64,000 nt of DNA, taken from NCBI GenBank assembly GCA_951406725.2, contig OX597818.1:128650001-128714000 (forward strand), in the 5' to 3' direction. The position numbers and the translations under genes were made by a program. Source of the DNA: Octopus vulgaris. Taxonomy: Eukaryota. Positions 1-16,135 of this stretch are shown here, one piece after another; the first letter of the stretch is position 1, and every line of letters begins with the position of its first letter. The notes below the pieces were generated by a model. The model worked only from the letters and a program-made list of their open reading frames with translations, was not told the origin of the DNA and made no database searches.

Positions 1-743
1 GGCACGGAGGCCAGGCGAGGCTGGCACGGTCACGATTGGATGGTGTTTGTTACGTGCCCACAGCACGGAGGCCAGTTGATGCGGTACTGGCTAAGGCCAC
101 GTTCGGATGGTTTTCTTATGTGCCACTGGCACTGGTACCACAAAGATACAAATTCCATTGATGTTCATCGATTTTGATTTGGTTTGATTTTCACTTGCCT
201 CAACAGGTCTTCAATAATAATAATAATAATAATAATAAGAGCAATTATAATAATAGTTTCAAATTTTGGCACAAGGCCTGCAATTTTGAAAGGTAGGGGT
301 GTTGATTACATCAACCCCCAGTGCTCAACTTGTACTTTGTTACCAACCCCCAAAAGTATGAAAGGTAAAGTTGGTCTTGATAGCATTTGAACTCAGGTCA
401 TAAAGAGCAAGAAGAAATGAAGCTAAGTGTTTTGTCTGGCATGGTATGTCTGCAATGCATGCATCACTCCAGGAGCTCCAACAAAACTTGTGATAAAAAG
501 AAATAATAATAATGATAATAATAATAATCTTATTTTGGCACAAGGCCAGCAAATTTGAGGGGTAGGGAAGTTCATTACATTGACCTCAGTGCCTAAGTAG
601 TACTTACTTCAACCCCCCCCCCCCCCAAAGAATGGATGGTGAAGTTTACCTCAATAGCATTTGAACTCAGAACGTAAAGTTGGAAAAAATGCTAATAAGC
701 ATTTTGTCTGGTGCAGTAATGATTCTGCCAGCTTGCTGCCTTT

Positions 744-785
<42 letters not shown>

Positions 786-875
786 GTTTCAAATTTTGGT
801 ACACGGTCAAACAACAACAACAACAACACCGAAAAATACCTTAGGAATGAGAACCCAGGTTCGAAATTTCCCTGA

Positions 876-921
876 GACACCTGATGAAGGCTGGAGACTA
901 TATCAGCTGAAACGTTGTGTT
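876..921 (+). ncRNA. Minimal type I hammerhead ribozyme motif, Penelope-like element type
   Basis: GACAC-CTGATGA-A-GGCTG(10-nt loop)CAGCT-GAAAC-GTT-GTGTT: both catalytic boxes present, stem I GACAC/GTGTT, stem II GGCTG/CAGCT, palindromic AACGTT stem III. Confidence 0.7.
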
Positions 922-1505
922 AACAAACAAAATGAAGACAAATAGCTGTCAAATGTAAATAATGTAGCGTTGGTATGTTTATGTCTCTGTAACTTAGCAA
1001 TTTGACAAAAGAGACCAATAGAATAAGTATTAGGCTTAAAAAATAAGTCCTGAGGTCAATTAATTCGACTAAAATTTTTCAAGAAAGTACCCCAGCATGG
1101 CCATAGTCAAATGACAAACACGAAAAGGATAAAAGAAAAAGATCTAGCCATGCTTTGCATTTTTAGTCATTAATATAAAATATTAAAAATGATAGTTAAA
1201 GATATTATGACTTGATTATTGACTGAGGTATTTTTAATTCGTTAACCTTATTCTCATCAAACATATTTATCTTAATCATTCTACACTAGTAGTCACAGTC
1301 TGTGAGGATTATAAATATATGTATAGTACATTTTTGACCACACTGGAGCATGGTCCCATCCCACTAACCGGGATGTTACACGTGATTGTTATTGTTGTTC
1401 TTTCATCTTGTTTATCTAGAACTACATTCTCCCATGTGTCCTTCCTGTAGGGTGTAATTTGAGGTTATTTGGCTGTAGTTTCAATCATAACAGGTTCTTT
1501 TGTTA

Positions 1506-1738
1506 AGGCGGCAAGCTGGCAGAAATGTTACCACGCCAGGCAAAATGCGTAGCCGTATTTCGTCTGCCCTTACGTTCTCAGTTCAAATTCCGCCGAGGTC
1601 GACTTTGCTTTTCATCCTTTCGGGGTCGATTAAATAAGTACCAGTTACGCACTGGAGTCGATATAATCGACTTAGTCCGTTTGTCTGTCCTTGTTTGTCC
1701 TCTCTGTGTTTAGCCCCTTGTGGGTAGTAAAGAAATAT
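1506..1738 (+). mobile_element. tRNA-derived SINE, family A (Meta-domain-like core)
   Basis: A/B-box-like head (tggcagaa...gttcaaattcc) plus ctttcatcctttcggggtcga core; many copies in the window. Confidence 0.8.
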
Positions 1739-3797
1739 GTTCTTTTGTTGACTTGTTACTGAGTATTCACCCGGAAATAAATTCAGGCAGCCTGCAAGCC
1801 TTAGTATCATTCTACCATTATGCCACTGCTTATAATGCGTAGAATCTTAAAGTTTGCTTTTCGGTTTGTAGTAATATACAAACAGCTTTGTTCTGGTTTG
1901 TATGTGTGAATGAATGAATGAATGAAATTGCCACAAGGCCTTTGCATGTGTAACAAATGTTGTTATTCCTTTTTACTACTCCTGCAGCCAGCTGCACAAA
2001 CACCACTTCACAATCACACACACACACACACACACGTGTGCCCTCTCCTTTTTACAACCAACCTAGTTTTGTGAACATGAGTGATTCTACAGAGTTGGGT
2101 GATTTGATGTGCATTACAGCCTTATCTCTTTTAACAAACATCTTCCTTGTTCTTAAAATGAGGTCCCCACAAATTTAGGGTTCTGATTATTAAGAGAAGT
2201 ATCTCAAACTGAAAGATGATCCTCATTTCAAGCTCTCATGACAAACACAGTGTCCATAATTGTGCAAGTCTTTCGTTGAGTGTTAAAATAGTTGACTGAT
2301 AAACATTGTTTGTTTCAGTTAGGTATAGTTGTTGTTACTGTTGATGTATTTATCAAACTTTCAAGGTACTTTTCTCTTTTATTCTCCAAGCTCTTACTAA
2401 TTAATGCTACAATTCATTTACTGGGTCCATTTTGATTACGTGTGCTACAATTATTACGAAAACCATTGGATAGTATATTGGTTTTATGGGAACAATTCAC
2501 TAAACAGAATGTGCAGTTTAAAATCAGAACTAACTAAAAGTATTACATAACTCATATACATATAATCACCAAATATTCAATAGGTTATTTTCAGGACATT
2601 GATTTCCTAAACCAAAACACTGGAGCTTGTTAACAACTTTGTTAAAATTGTTATTGGCTTATTGATTCATTAACAAAATATTCTGTTTACTTTTCCAAAT
2701 TCCCATTCTATCCCCATGATGTGTTATCTGTGTTCCTATATTGTGAATAAAATTCAGAGTTCAAAACTAAAGACTTCACTTGCATCAGGATTCTTATCTG
2801 ATCACAGCATATGAACCTCTGAGAAAATATTTTGGCCCTTTTGATACAAGGATGCTTATGACTCTAACTATGGGTCTTTTAATACCCATGATGTGACTCC
2901 ATCTCATGAGAAAAATCTGATCAGTGTCAGTCAAATCAATCATTATTATCTAACAACATTTGTGGAAATGACTATTTCATTGACTAGGCTATACCAGTTG
3001 TGTCTTGCTCTTTCTCTGACACAGATATGGCATTAAATGGGTTGTGGAATCTCAAACAGTCAGTGAGAAGTTCAGTGGATTGGAAGCAAACAGTCAAGAA
3101 GATTTTAAAATGCTAAATTGTTGATGATGTGCTTTCAAGATGCAAGAGGTAAAGCTAAATACTGCAAAGCATTTAGTCGGCTGGGAGACTGATTCTGAGG
3201 GTGCCCAGATGTATTATGGAGTTGGCACGTAAACTGAAATGCTTAAAAAACATGAGCAAGGCATAAATATGAGTGAATAACCACTCTCATGGAGGTGAGA
3301 TGTTGTGGGTTTGTAGCCAGATCCACAATGTCCTACCTCATTGGCATTGAACTTGGGAAGAACAGCAAAGCCTAAGAATGAAGAATAAATCCTCAACAAG
3401 TATTAAACCTGTTGGTTGGTTGCAGCTGCCTCTGGTTAGCTAAAAGTGGCTACATGTATGATGTGAACATGTGGAGTGTTTGCTGTCACATGGGCTGAAA
3501 GAACCTGGGATATCCCTCGTAGCATTAATGCTGTTTGGTCCTGCTGGAATTATTAAAAAAAACATTAAATCAAGTAACATTTATCTATTCTTTCAATTTA
3601 TAAGATTCCCTAGAAAAGTTATTATATAGAATGGGTAAGAAATGTATCTTATAGAAAATATAATCGTTATTGAATAGGCGTGGTTCACACTGATTACATT
3701 CCACGACAGCATAGATGTAACATAGTTGATGGTTAGGAGCAAGTAACCCAGATAGGGAAATATGTTGAGTGTATTAGGGTAGAGCAAATGTCTGAGT

Positions 3798-4025
3798 TTA
3801 ACCCTTTCGTTACTGTATTTATTTTGAGATGGTCTGTGTTTCTTTCAATTACTTTAAATATAACAAAGAATTTAGTAAAATAACTTAGTCACAATTTAAG
3901 TTATTGACACTAGCTTAATGGTAACTAAGGTTTGGGGGAAGATTTTAATTCAAAATTTATGAAAACAAGACATTTGTACTCAGAGCCAGAGCCAGTTTCA
4001 GCCGGGTTGGTAATGAAAGGGTTAA
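3798..4025. mobile_element. piggyBac-type MITE family A
   Basis: TTAA-CCCTTTCGTTAC ... GTAATGAAAGGG-TTAA terminal inverted repeats; same family at 25428, 41473 and 63252. Confidence 0.8.
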
Positions 4026-5936
4026 TCATTATTCTTGTATATCTTTGTCTTGGATGTATTATTCTAAAGTAGGCATAATTTGGTTGAATGGCTAAGAAGT
4101 TTACTTTACAACCTAAAGTTCCCAGGTTCAGTATCACAGCCTGGCAAATGTCACTTTTATATCCTTGGTTCAATTCATATTATATGAATTAAACTGGGCA
4201 GATAGAAACTGTATAGAAGATTGTCATGGATTGTACAGATAATTCAAAAGGCACAACCTTGTTACACACTGTACCACACTGATTCTGCTTGAGAACTTCA
4301 TCAAGGAGTACATGTGTCTGTGACTGCCTCATGTTAATTCAGGAGCAGATAATTCAGTTGATCAAACTGCCGAATCCTCATCATCTCATTAGACAGTAGA
4401 GAATGGCCACCATTATTCTTTTGTTATAATATTTCCGTTGAACTAAACTGCCTATGTTTGAGTTTTGCAAATAATAAAAGTATTAGTTAAATAATTTTGT
4501 AGTTATTAAACTGGTTTTTGGTACTGAAATTAACATAAAATTTTGTTGGAGCATTTTAATTTTAAAACATGAAGTTTGTATCATAGAATTAAGGGCAGCC
4601 TTAGGTCACAAAACAATTTAATGTCTGAACACTATTTTCAAGACTGGAGAATTTATGAGTTTTGGTTAGCTCTTGTGTTGGACAAGTCAGACAGACATCT
4701 ACAGATAAGCTTGCTTGCTTGCTGAAGAAGCTCTCTATTTATTCCCTATTAAATAGAGGATAAATTTACTGTCTCTTCATCTTCCTTTCAATAGTATTGT
4801 TTCGAATTCTGGTTGGATGACCAATTTTCATAATCTGTGTTTCTGTTGACTAATTTGAAGTTGAGTAAGATAACTCCAAGGAATAGATGAAGAGAGATTG
4901 TGAAATAGGATGTCACTCAGATACCCATAGCAGAAGAGATATCAGATACTACAATGATAATGATGATGATTAGATTTAAGATGATTTACATATTTAGCTA
5001 CAAATCTTTTGCTGCATTCATTTAATCTAAGATGTGAATCTGTTGTACAAATAAATATTGCTGCAGTATATTTAAAAACCTGCTTAAATGATCCTAGCAT
5101 GATCCATCAATCTAAGTGAAAGAGACTGATTTAACCCAGTTTTAGAGATTATTCTTCAGAATCATTGATTTCTTAGTGTTGGAAGCGAGATTTATTTTTA
5201 GATGGACTGAAGACATTGCTTTGCTAACATAAATATAATTCAATCCTGGAAGAAGTGAAGTTCCGTTTTTGTTTATTTGTTGGTTTTTTTTTTAATACCT
5301 TCCTGTTCATTGATGATAGTTGTAAAGAAATATATCTCTTCAATCATATTTAGTGAAATGTGTGTGTGTGTGTGTTCATTGCTCTGGATTGGCTTCCTTA
5401 GTGCTTTATCTTCTTGCATGGTATATTTTCCTTGTTACTTTTTTTTTTTTGCTATTTGATATCTCTTCTCTTAATAAATAATGAGTTACTTCAAAGTCAA
5501 CTCAAAATGTAATGGGTAGCCAAGTTCTCATTTGACTTTCCATTTCCCAGTTCGATACTGAATCTCTTCTCTCTCTCTCTCTCTCATACACACACACACA
5601 CAAGAAGAAACTTTAGAAAATAAATCTGATCTCATGATAGTAGGTTGGTGTGGTGTGGTGTGGGGTGGGGTGGTGTGGGGCTTAGTTATAATTAATTATT
5701 GATTTAACTTACGGTTTTTAAAATCAAAAAAGGCTTCACTAAATTTGAATTACATTTTGTGTAAAATAAGCTGGGTGGGGGTGTGAATGTGAGAATGGTA
5801 AAAAAAAAATACAAAAAATTGTAAGATATATATATGTATGCACATGTTTATGTATACACACACACATACACACGTGTGTATGTATATACATATATAGACA
5901 AATACATACACACACATGCACATATATATATACTTA

Positions 5937-9705
<3,769 letters not shown>

Positions 9706-10379
9706 GTTCATATTTACTCAGGTTGTATTGAATGAATACTCTTGCACTCCTTTAAGAAACGTGATCCAAATATAACTTCTGATCTTCCAGTTTCAGTTCT
9801 TGCTTTTTTTGTTTTTTAATATTTTTTGTTTTATTTATTTAAACAAAAAAAAAAGACGAAACAAAAAAAAATCAGTTAAAATTTCTAAGTTTGAGCTGCT
9901 ATCTTTCTATACTAACCAAATATGGTGATATGCAGTAGTGTCTCTGTGTGTGTGTGTATCAAATATACAAACACACACATGCATGTAAATCAGTAAAGAT
10001 GCATAAATAATGCAATAGTGCTTTTCTTAATGAGATTGAGCCATGCATTTCCTGCGACTTTTGCAAAACTTGGCAGACGTGTTAAGCATTGCAGTTAGAG
10101 AACATTGCCCTGTGTGTGTGTGTGTGTTTTGCTACTGACTGCTTGCCACACAGAAAGATATGTAACTTAATGTCTATCAGACAGGCATTATCATATTTCT
10201 TCTTTTCATTGAGATACTATCAAAAACTAAGGCAGATCAACCTGGTGCATTTTTTCAACCGTTATCCATATTATTAGCTGTACAGTGTAGCTTTCTTACA
10301 CGAGACATTCCATTGGCTTATTGAGAAACTGTAGAAGATTGTCTTCATTTAGAACAAATAAACAAGGTTATGCTTGTGG

Positions 10380-10625
10380 CAGGTGGCACGTAAAAATGCA
10401 TCAATCCGACCATGGCCGATGCCAGCCTTGCCTGGCACCAGTGCACGTGGCACGTAAAAAGCACCCACTACACTCTCAGAGTGGTTGGCGTTAGGAAGGG
10501 CATCCAGCTGTAGAAACTTTGCCAGATAAGACCGGAGCCTGGTGCAGCCTTCTGGCTTCCCAGATCCCCAGTCGAACCGTCCAACCCATGCTAGCATGGA
10601 GAACGGACGTTAAACGATGATGATG
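10380..10625 (-). mobile_element. Dispersed (CAT)n-ended repeat, family C (probably a non-autonomous retroelement); strand labels for this family give relative orientation only
   Basis: Shares gttaggaagggcatccagctgtagaaac...catgctagcatgg with about 10 other copies in the window. Confidence 0.75.
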
Positions 10626-10754
10626 CTCATTAAAGAAGTTGAGTTCATCACAGCAAACTGTTAAAACTTGATTCAGTTGATACCATGTTATTACTGCTCA
10701 CATCAACAAGTTATACCTTCTTACAGTTTCTATTTGCAGATGGACAAACTGAAC

Positions 10755-11465
10755 CATCATCATCATCGTTTAATGTCCGTTTTCCGCGCTAGTACGGGTT
10801 GGACGGTTCGACCGGGGTCTGGGAAGCCAGGGGCTGCACCAGGCTCCAGTCTGATCTGGCAGTGTTTCTACAGCTGGATGCCCTTCCTAACGCCAACCAC
10901 TCCGCGAGTGTAGTGGGTGCTTTTTACGTGCCACCTGCACAGGTGCCAGGGGAGTCTGGCATCGGCCACGATCGGTTGGTGCTTTTAACGTGCCACCGGC
11001 ACGGAAGCCAGCCAAGGCAGCGCTGGCATCAGCCGCATTCGGATGGTGCTTTTTATGTGCCAGCGGCACAGAAGCCAGCCAAGGCGGCGCTGGCATCGGC
11101 CACGTTCGGATGGTGCTTTTTATGTGCCACCGGCACAGAAGCCAGTCAAGGCGGCGCTGGCAACGGCCACGTTCGGATGGTGCTTTTTATGTGCCACCGG
11201 CACAGAAACCAGTCGAGGCTGCGCTGGCATCGGCCGCGTTCAGATGGTGCTTTTTGTGTGCCACTGGCACGGAAGCCAGCCAAGGCAGCGCTGGCATCGC
11301 CCGCGTTCAGATGGTGCTTTTTGTGTGCCACTGGCACGGAAGCCAGCCAAGGCAGCGCTGGCATCGGCCGCGTTCGGATGGTGCTTTTTATGTGTCACCG
11401 GCACAGAAGCCAGTCGAGGCGGCACTGGCAACGGCCACGTTCGGATGGTGCTTTTTATGTGCCAA
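10755..11465 (+). mobile_element. Family C repeat with an internal 67-bp tandem array (about 7.5 units)
   Basis: The unit start atggtgcttttt recurs at 11043, 11110, 11177, 11244, 11311, 11378 and 11445. Confidence 0.85.
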
Positions 11466-11814
11466 TCTTTGCCGAGTGCACAGTGTAGCTCTACTGGATG
11501 CAGTGTATATTGATGGATTGATCACTCTCTGCAACGCATCAGTATATCTGTACCCAATAAACTTGGCAGCTATCACTCTAAAATGTATTGTTTATTATTT
11601 ACATTTTGGTTTCAAATCTTGACAGTAGAGACTTTATGCAGGTTATTAAAAATAAATAAGCATCAGTGAAATACTGACTTGATTCAATCAATATCCATCT
11701 TCACAAAATTACCCACAGTGTGTCAGTGTTTAAAAAAAAATCATTGTGGTTATTAGCTTCATCATGGGTTTTTGAATTATATTTGTGCTGCATTTCTGAT
11801 AATAATGTCTATTA

Positions 11815-12187
11815 GGAGTGGCTGTGTGGTAAGTAGCTTGCTAACCAACCACATGGTACCGGGTTCAGTCCCACTGCGTGGCACCTTGGGCAAGTGTCTT
11901 CTGCTATAGCCCCGGGCCGACCAATGCCTTGTGAGTGGATTTGGTAGACGGAAACTGAAAGAAGCCCGTCGTATATATGTATATATATATGTTTGTCCCC
12001 CTAGCATTGCTTGACAACCGATGCTGGTGTGTTTACGTCCCCGTCACTTAGCGGTTCGGCAAAAGAGACCGATAGAATAAGTACTGGGCTTACAAAGAAT
12101 AAGTCCCGGGGTCGATTTGCTCGACTAAAGGCGGTGCTCCAGCATGGCCGCAGTCAAATGACTGAAACAAGTAAAAGAGTAAAGAGT
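11815..12187 (+). mobile_element. tRNA-derived SINE, family B (CORE-like domain)
   Basis: Head aggagtggctgtgtggtaag...gggttcagtccc, CORE-like accttgggcaagtgtctt, tail gtaaaagagtaaagag. Confidence 0.82.
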
Positions 12188-12330
12188 AATTCTCCAGTGA
12201 TTCCTTTAACTGCTGTTCGCTAAGCCTCCTAAGTTAGAACGGAGATAATTTCAAATATAAATATCATGCAGGTTGTCAACCATGTTATCTGACCATAATA
12301 GAGTGCTCTATATTTTTCGTTTTTTCTCAG

Positions 12331-12524
12331 AGTTTATCACTGTAACTGCTGCCACTTCATTGAGCTCACTGAGTCAACCCCAAGCAACCACAGCTCTATT
12401 ACACCAGCCATCAGCTGGCGTTCCAAAAGCTACTGTCTACTCAATAACAACACCAACCTCAGCACCCATTGCACAACCACAGTATGCACCACAGCAACTC
12501 CCTCCAGTTGGTATGCAAGGACAA
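12331..12524 (+). CDS. CCAR1: CCAR1 exon, Q/P/T-rich N-terminal region (FITVTAATSLSS...PVGMQGQ)
   Basis: Acceptor tttttctcag, donor CAA|gtaagt; enters in phase 1, exits in phase 0, matching the next exon. Low-complexity sequence, so homology support is weak. Confidence 0.78.
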
Positions 12525-12625
12525 GTAAGTTCATTTTCATTTATTTTCTCTTACTGTTTTTCTAGGGGTTTGAAATAGAGATCAGGGCATGTTCCTACTT
12601 AGAACTTTATTGTCAAATACCATTT

Positions 12626-12897
12626 AGTTAGTTAGTTAGTTAGTTAATTTGGCTCAAAAGCAAATAGCAAGGCCATGTAGGGGGACATGGAGTTAAGTAC
12701 AGGGTGGTGTTCATGTAAAGAGTTCAGGCCACTTGAGGTCCAGGGAGGCTTTGAACAAAGTGGTCGTCGGCATCTTCACCATCTCGTCTGGCAGCTTGTT
12801 CCACGGATCCGCAACCCGGACGGAGAAAGCTCCTCTCCTTCGATTGAGATGAAATCGTCGCAGGTAGAGCTTTTCGGAATGACCCCGCAGCCGACGC
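12626..12897 (-). mobile_element. 5'-truncated CR1-clade LINE 3' end with (TAAC)n tail, flanked by 74-bp direct repeats
   Basis: Minus strand reads RRLRGHSEKLYLRRFHLNRRRGAFSVRVADPWNKLPDEMV..., the CR1 ORF2 C-terminal RGH...RV..WN.LP motif. Confidence 0.85.
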
Positions 12898-13377
12898 TAC
12901 TGTTTTTCTAGGGGTCTGAAATAGAGATCAGGGCATGTTCCTACTTAGAACTTTATTGTCAAATACCATTTGTTCTAAAATGTAACTAACCTCCTACCCT
13001 ACTCTATTATTTTAAATACATATGTGTTTGGATCTGTGATGAACATGGTGCAGACAAGGGTACGTCAGCAATGAAGTTGTAAATGTCAAAGAATAGACTG
13101 ATGAAACAACTGATTGCTTTATTGATCAAACCAATTGGTCAAGCAATTGATTAGTTAATTGGTTAATTAGTTAACTCATTGACTTATATACAAAATGAAA
13201 TAGAATCATTTTGTAACAAAAATAAAATAGAATCAGTATGTTTTCTGAGGCAAAAGTGACCTTCTCAAAATTCAAACATCTGCTTCAACACAAAATTTCA
13301 CATCAGGAATCTTGCAAAACAAACACAAATAACGAAATATAAATGTAGTTGAGCAATTATTTAAGGAAACATCTATA

Positions 13378-13784
13378 CTCTTTACTCTATCTTTTACTTG
13401 TTTCAGTCATTTGACTGCGGCCATGCTGGAGCACCGCCTTTAGTCGAGCAAGTCGACCCCAGGACTTATTCTTTGTAAGCCCAGTACTTATTCTATCGGT
13501 CTCTTTTGCCGAACCGCTAAGTGACGGGGATGTAAACACACCAGCATCGGTTGTCAAGCAATGCTAGGGGGATAAACACAGACACACAAACACACACACA
13601 CATATATATATACATATATACGACAGGCTTCTTTCAGTTTCCGTCTACCAAATCCACTCACAAGGCATTGGTCGGCCCGGGGCTATAGCAGAAGACACTT
13701 GCCCAAGATGCCACGCAGTGGGATTGAACCCGGAACCATGTGGTTGGTTAGCAAGCTACTTACCACACAGCCACTCCTGCGCCT
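13378..13784 (-). mobile_element. SINE family B, full length
   Basis: Reverse complement of the 11815-12187 element. Confidence 0.82.
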
Positions 13785-15908
13785 ATGTTTCTGCCTCTTT
13801 GTTTTCCAAGTTAGAGAAAACATTCTCCATTTATGGGTATCAGTTATAAAACAAATAAAATGTATCTGAGCTAACCTTAGCAAGGAAACCTGTGCACAAA
13901 ATAGTTTTTTTGTTTACACAAACTCCTTCAGAAGTGCCTGCAGTAAAAAAAGGGTTTGTCAACTTGTCATGTGTTGACCTCTGAATAAATAAACGGATCC
14001 TATTTTTTGACAACTGTTAGCAGGTGTCAGTTGAAAGGAGGACATCTAATCACGAAATCATCATCAAACTATTTGTATCATCATCACCGTCATCATCATC
14101 GTTTAGCGTCCGCTTTCCATGCTAGCATGGGTTGGACGGTTCAACCTGGGAAGCCAGAAGGCTGCACCAGGCCCAGTCTGATCTGGCAATGTTTCTACAG
14201 CTGGATGCCCTTCCTAACGGGGGGGGGGGGGGGCATCCGTTCAATAGAAATTTCAAGCTGAGATACAATTGCAAAGAAATTCCTGTCACAAGAGGACTGA
14301 GGCCACAGTAATTTGACAATAAGTTCACCTGAATACAGGTACAGGTATTGCTGTGTGGTTAAAAAAATTTGCTTTGCAACCACATACTTGCAGGTTCAGT
14401 CCCATTGCATGAGACCTTGGACAAGTGTCTTTGATTTGCCTGGCCAACACCATGCCTTGTGAATGGAATTGGTTGATGGAAACCATACGGAGGTCTTGTG
14501 TGTATGTATGCATACACTGAATGTTGATATTCCACAGCTTCAATTGTCACTATCTGGGTAAAACAGTGATATGATGTTTGCTGTCCTTGTCGACATTAGG
14601 ACCAGTTGTACTTGCATTTTCAAAGACTATTGGAATATAAATCCTTTACTTGAAAAACAAGTAAGGGTTGGCAACTGCAAAGGCATTTGTTCATAAAATA
14701 CTACCTCAAATAGTCCTTGTCCAACCCACGCTAGCATTCAACATCAGCCATTAAATTCTTTTTTTTTAAATGGACGTAGTTATTAGTTTTCAACAAATTA
14801 TTTCTCTGAACTTATTTAAATTCCTAATTAAATTCATTTATTTAATATTGAAACTTTAGAAAAGTATCATGGTCACAATTTATCCATTTATTTTTTTCTT
14901 CCTCAATAAATCTTAGGCTTTATATTATTTGAATATTGACAAAGAGAAAGAAAACAGAGTAAGAAAGGCACAGTGGTTGTGAGGTTAAGAAGTTTGTAAA
15001 CTTCGCCACTGCATCATAAATTCAAATTTTACTGCAGCTTTTGTAGTATGCATATGTGCAGTCTTTTACTATGATTGTCTCATTAAAAATTGAATGTAGT
15101 TACTCTCTGTTTGCTTTAGGGATTAGCTCCAGAAATGATTTTCACATAAAAATATTGGCTTCAACAATTCATGCTCACATATCTATATTTGGTAAAAAGA
15201 GTTTAAAAAAGCCATTTCACTTGTTTTGATCAGACCCCTGATGAAAATTGATCAAGCAGACTCTAACCAAAAGTATTTCTGAAATGACCAACCCACTTTT
15301 ATTGAGACATGGTATTTGGCCCCACATGATCCAACATGTCTTTTTCCTTAAGAAGCAAGGTGCAATTTGAGGCAGATATGGCTCCTATTTTTAGAAGGAT
15401 TTGTGACCACATACAGGTTTTCCTTCATTGACTGGTGTTTTTAGAAAGCTGTGAACACCATGCAATCTCATTTCACCATTCTTCACATTTGAGGATTTAC
15501 ATAAAAGATCATTATTTTTACCTGTATTTTCATTGTAATAAACAACACTAAGTAGCAATATCTTAGTAAGTTGAATCTAAGATTATTTTCAATATCCAAG
15601 TGGTGTCATTCATTTTTCATCTTCCACAAATTCATAACTTCATATGTAAGAAACAAATATTAATTTCTTCTTCATGATTGTTATTCATCTCAGATATTAA
15701 TGTGGTAATTTGGTGGAATCATTACAGCATCAGAATGAAAATTACTGTGCAGCATTTAAGTTCAAATCCTGCTGTAGTCAACTTTGCTTTTCATCCCTTT
15801 AGTACCAAGCAAGCATTTAACCAACTAAAACTTCCCCCCCAAATCTCAAGCTTTGTTCCTCTATGAGAAACAATTAATTTCAGATACTTCTTGTTGTTAT
15901 CATTGCAG

Positions 15909-16135
15909 CCACCAACCTTACAGCCTGGTCAAGTTCTATCCCAGCCTGCTATTGCTATCCCAACAAGCCTGGCCACAACTACTCAAGTTGCCAGTGTCTC
16001 CTATCCTCCCCCAGTGGGTAGCACACGGCTAGCTCCAGCTCAGCAGTCTCTTAAGCAGAGGTTTTTCACAGGAACAGTCACCAAGATTATGGATAATTTT
16101 GGTTTTGTTGATGATGATGTCTTTTTTCAAATGAA
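15909..16135 (+). CDS. CCAR1: CCAR1 exon, start of the S1-like domain (PPTLQPGQ...KQRFFTGTVTKIMDNFGFVDDDVFFQM)
   Basis: cattgcag acceptor, AA|gtaagt donor (phase 2); conserved CCAR1 S1-like motif. Confidence 0.95.

Noticed and set aside
1506-1600. tRNA-like sequence with A/B boxes
   Set aside because: It is the head of a multi-copy SINE and does not form a complete cloverleaf.
1988-2040. Possible upstream CCAR1 exon after the cctgcag acceptor (PAAQTPLHNH...)
   Set aside because: It runs into a (CA)n repeat, has no convincing donor and shows no recognisable homology.
10799-11622. Overlapping 156-229 aa ORFs
   Set aside because: Produced by a GC-rich 67-bp tandem repeat inside a dispersed element; the same peptides appear in all frames.
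13030-13115. Possible intronic C/D box snoRNA (GTGATGA...CTGA); similar motif at 42905-42995
   Set aside because: No terminal stem or recognisable rRNA antisense element; such motifs are expected by chance. A snoscan or Infernal search would be needed.
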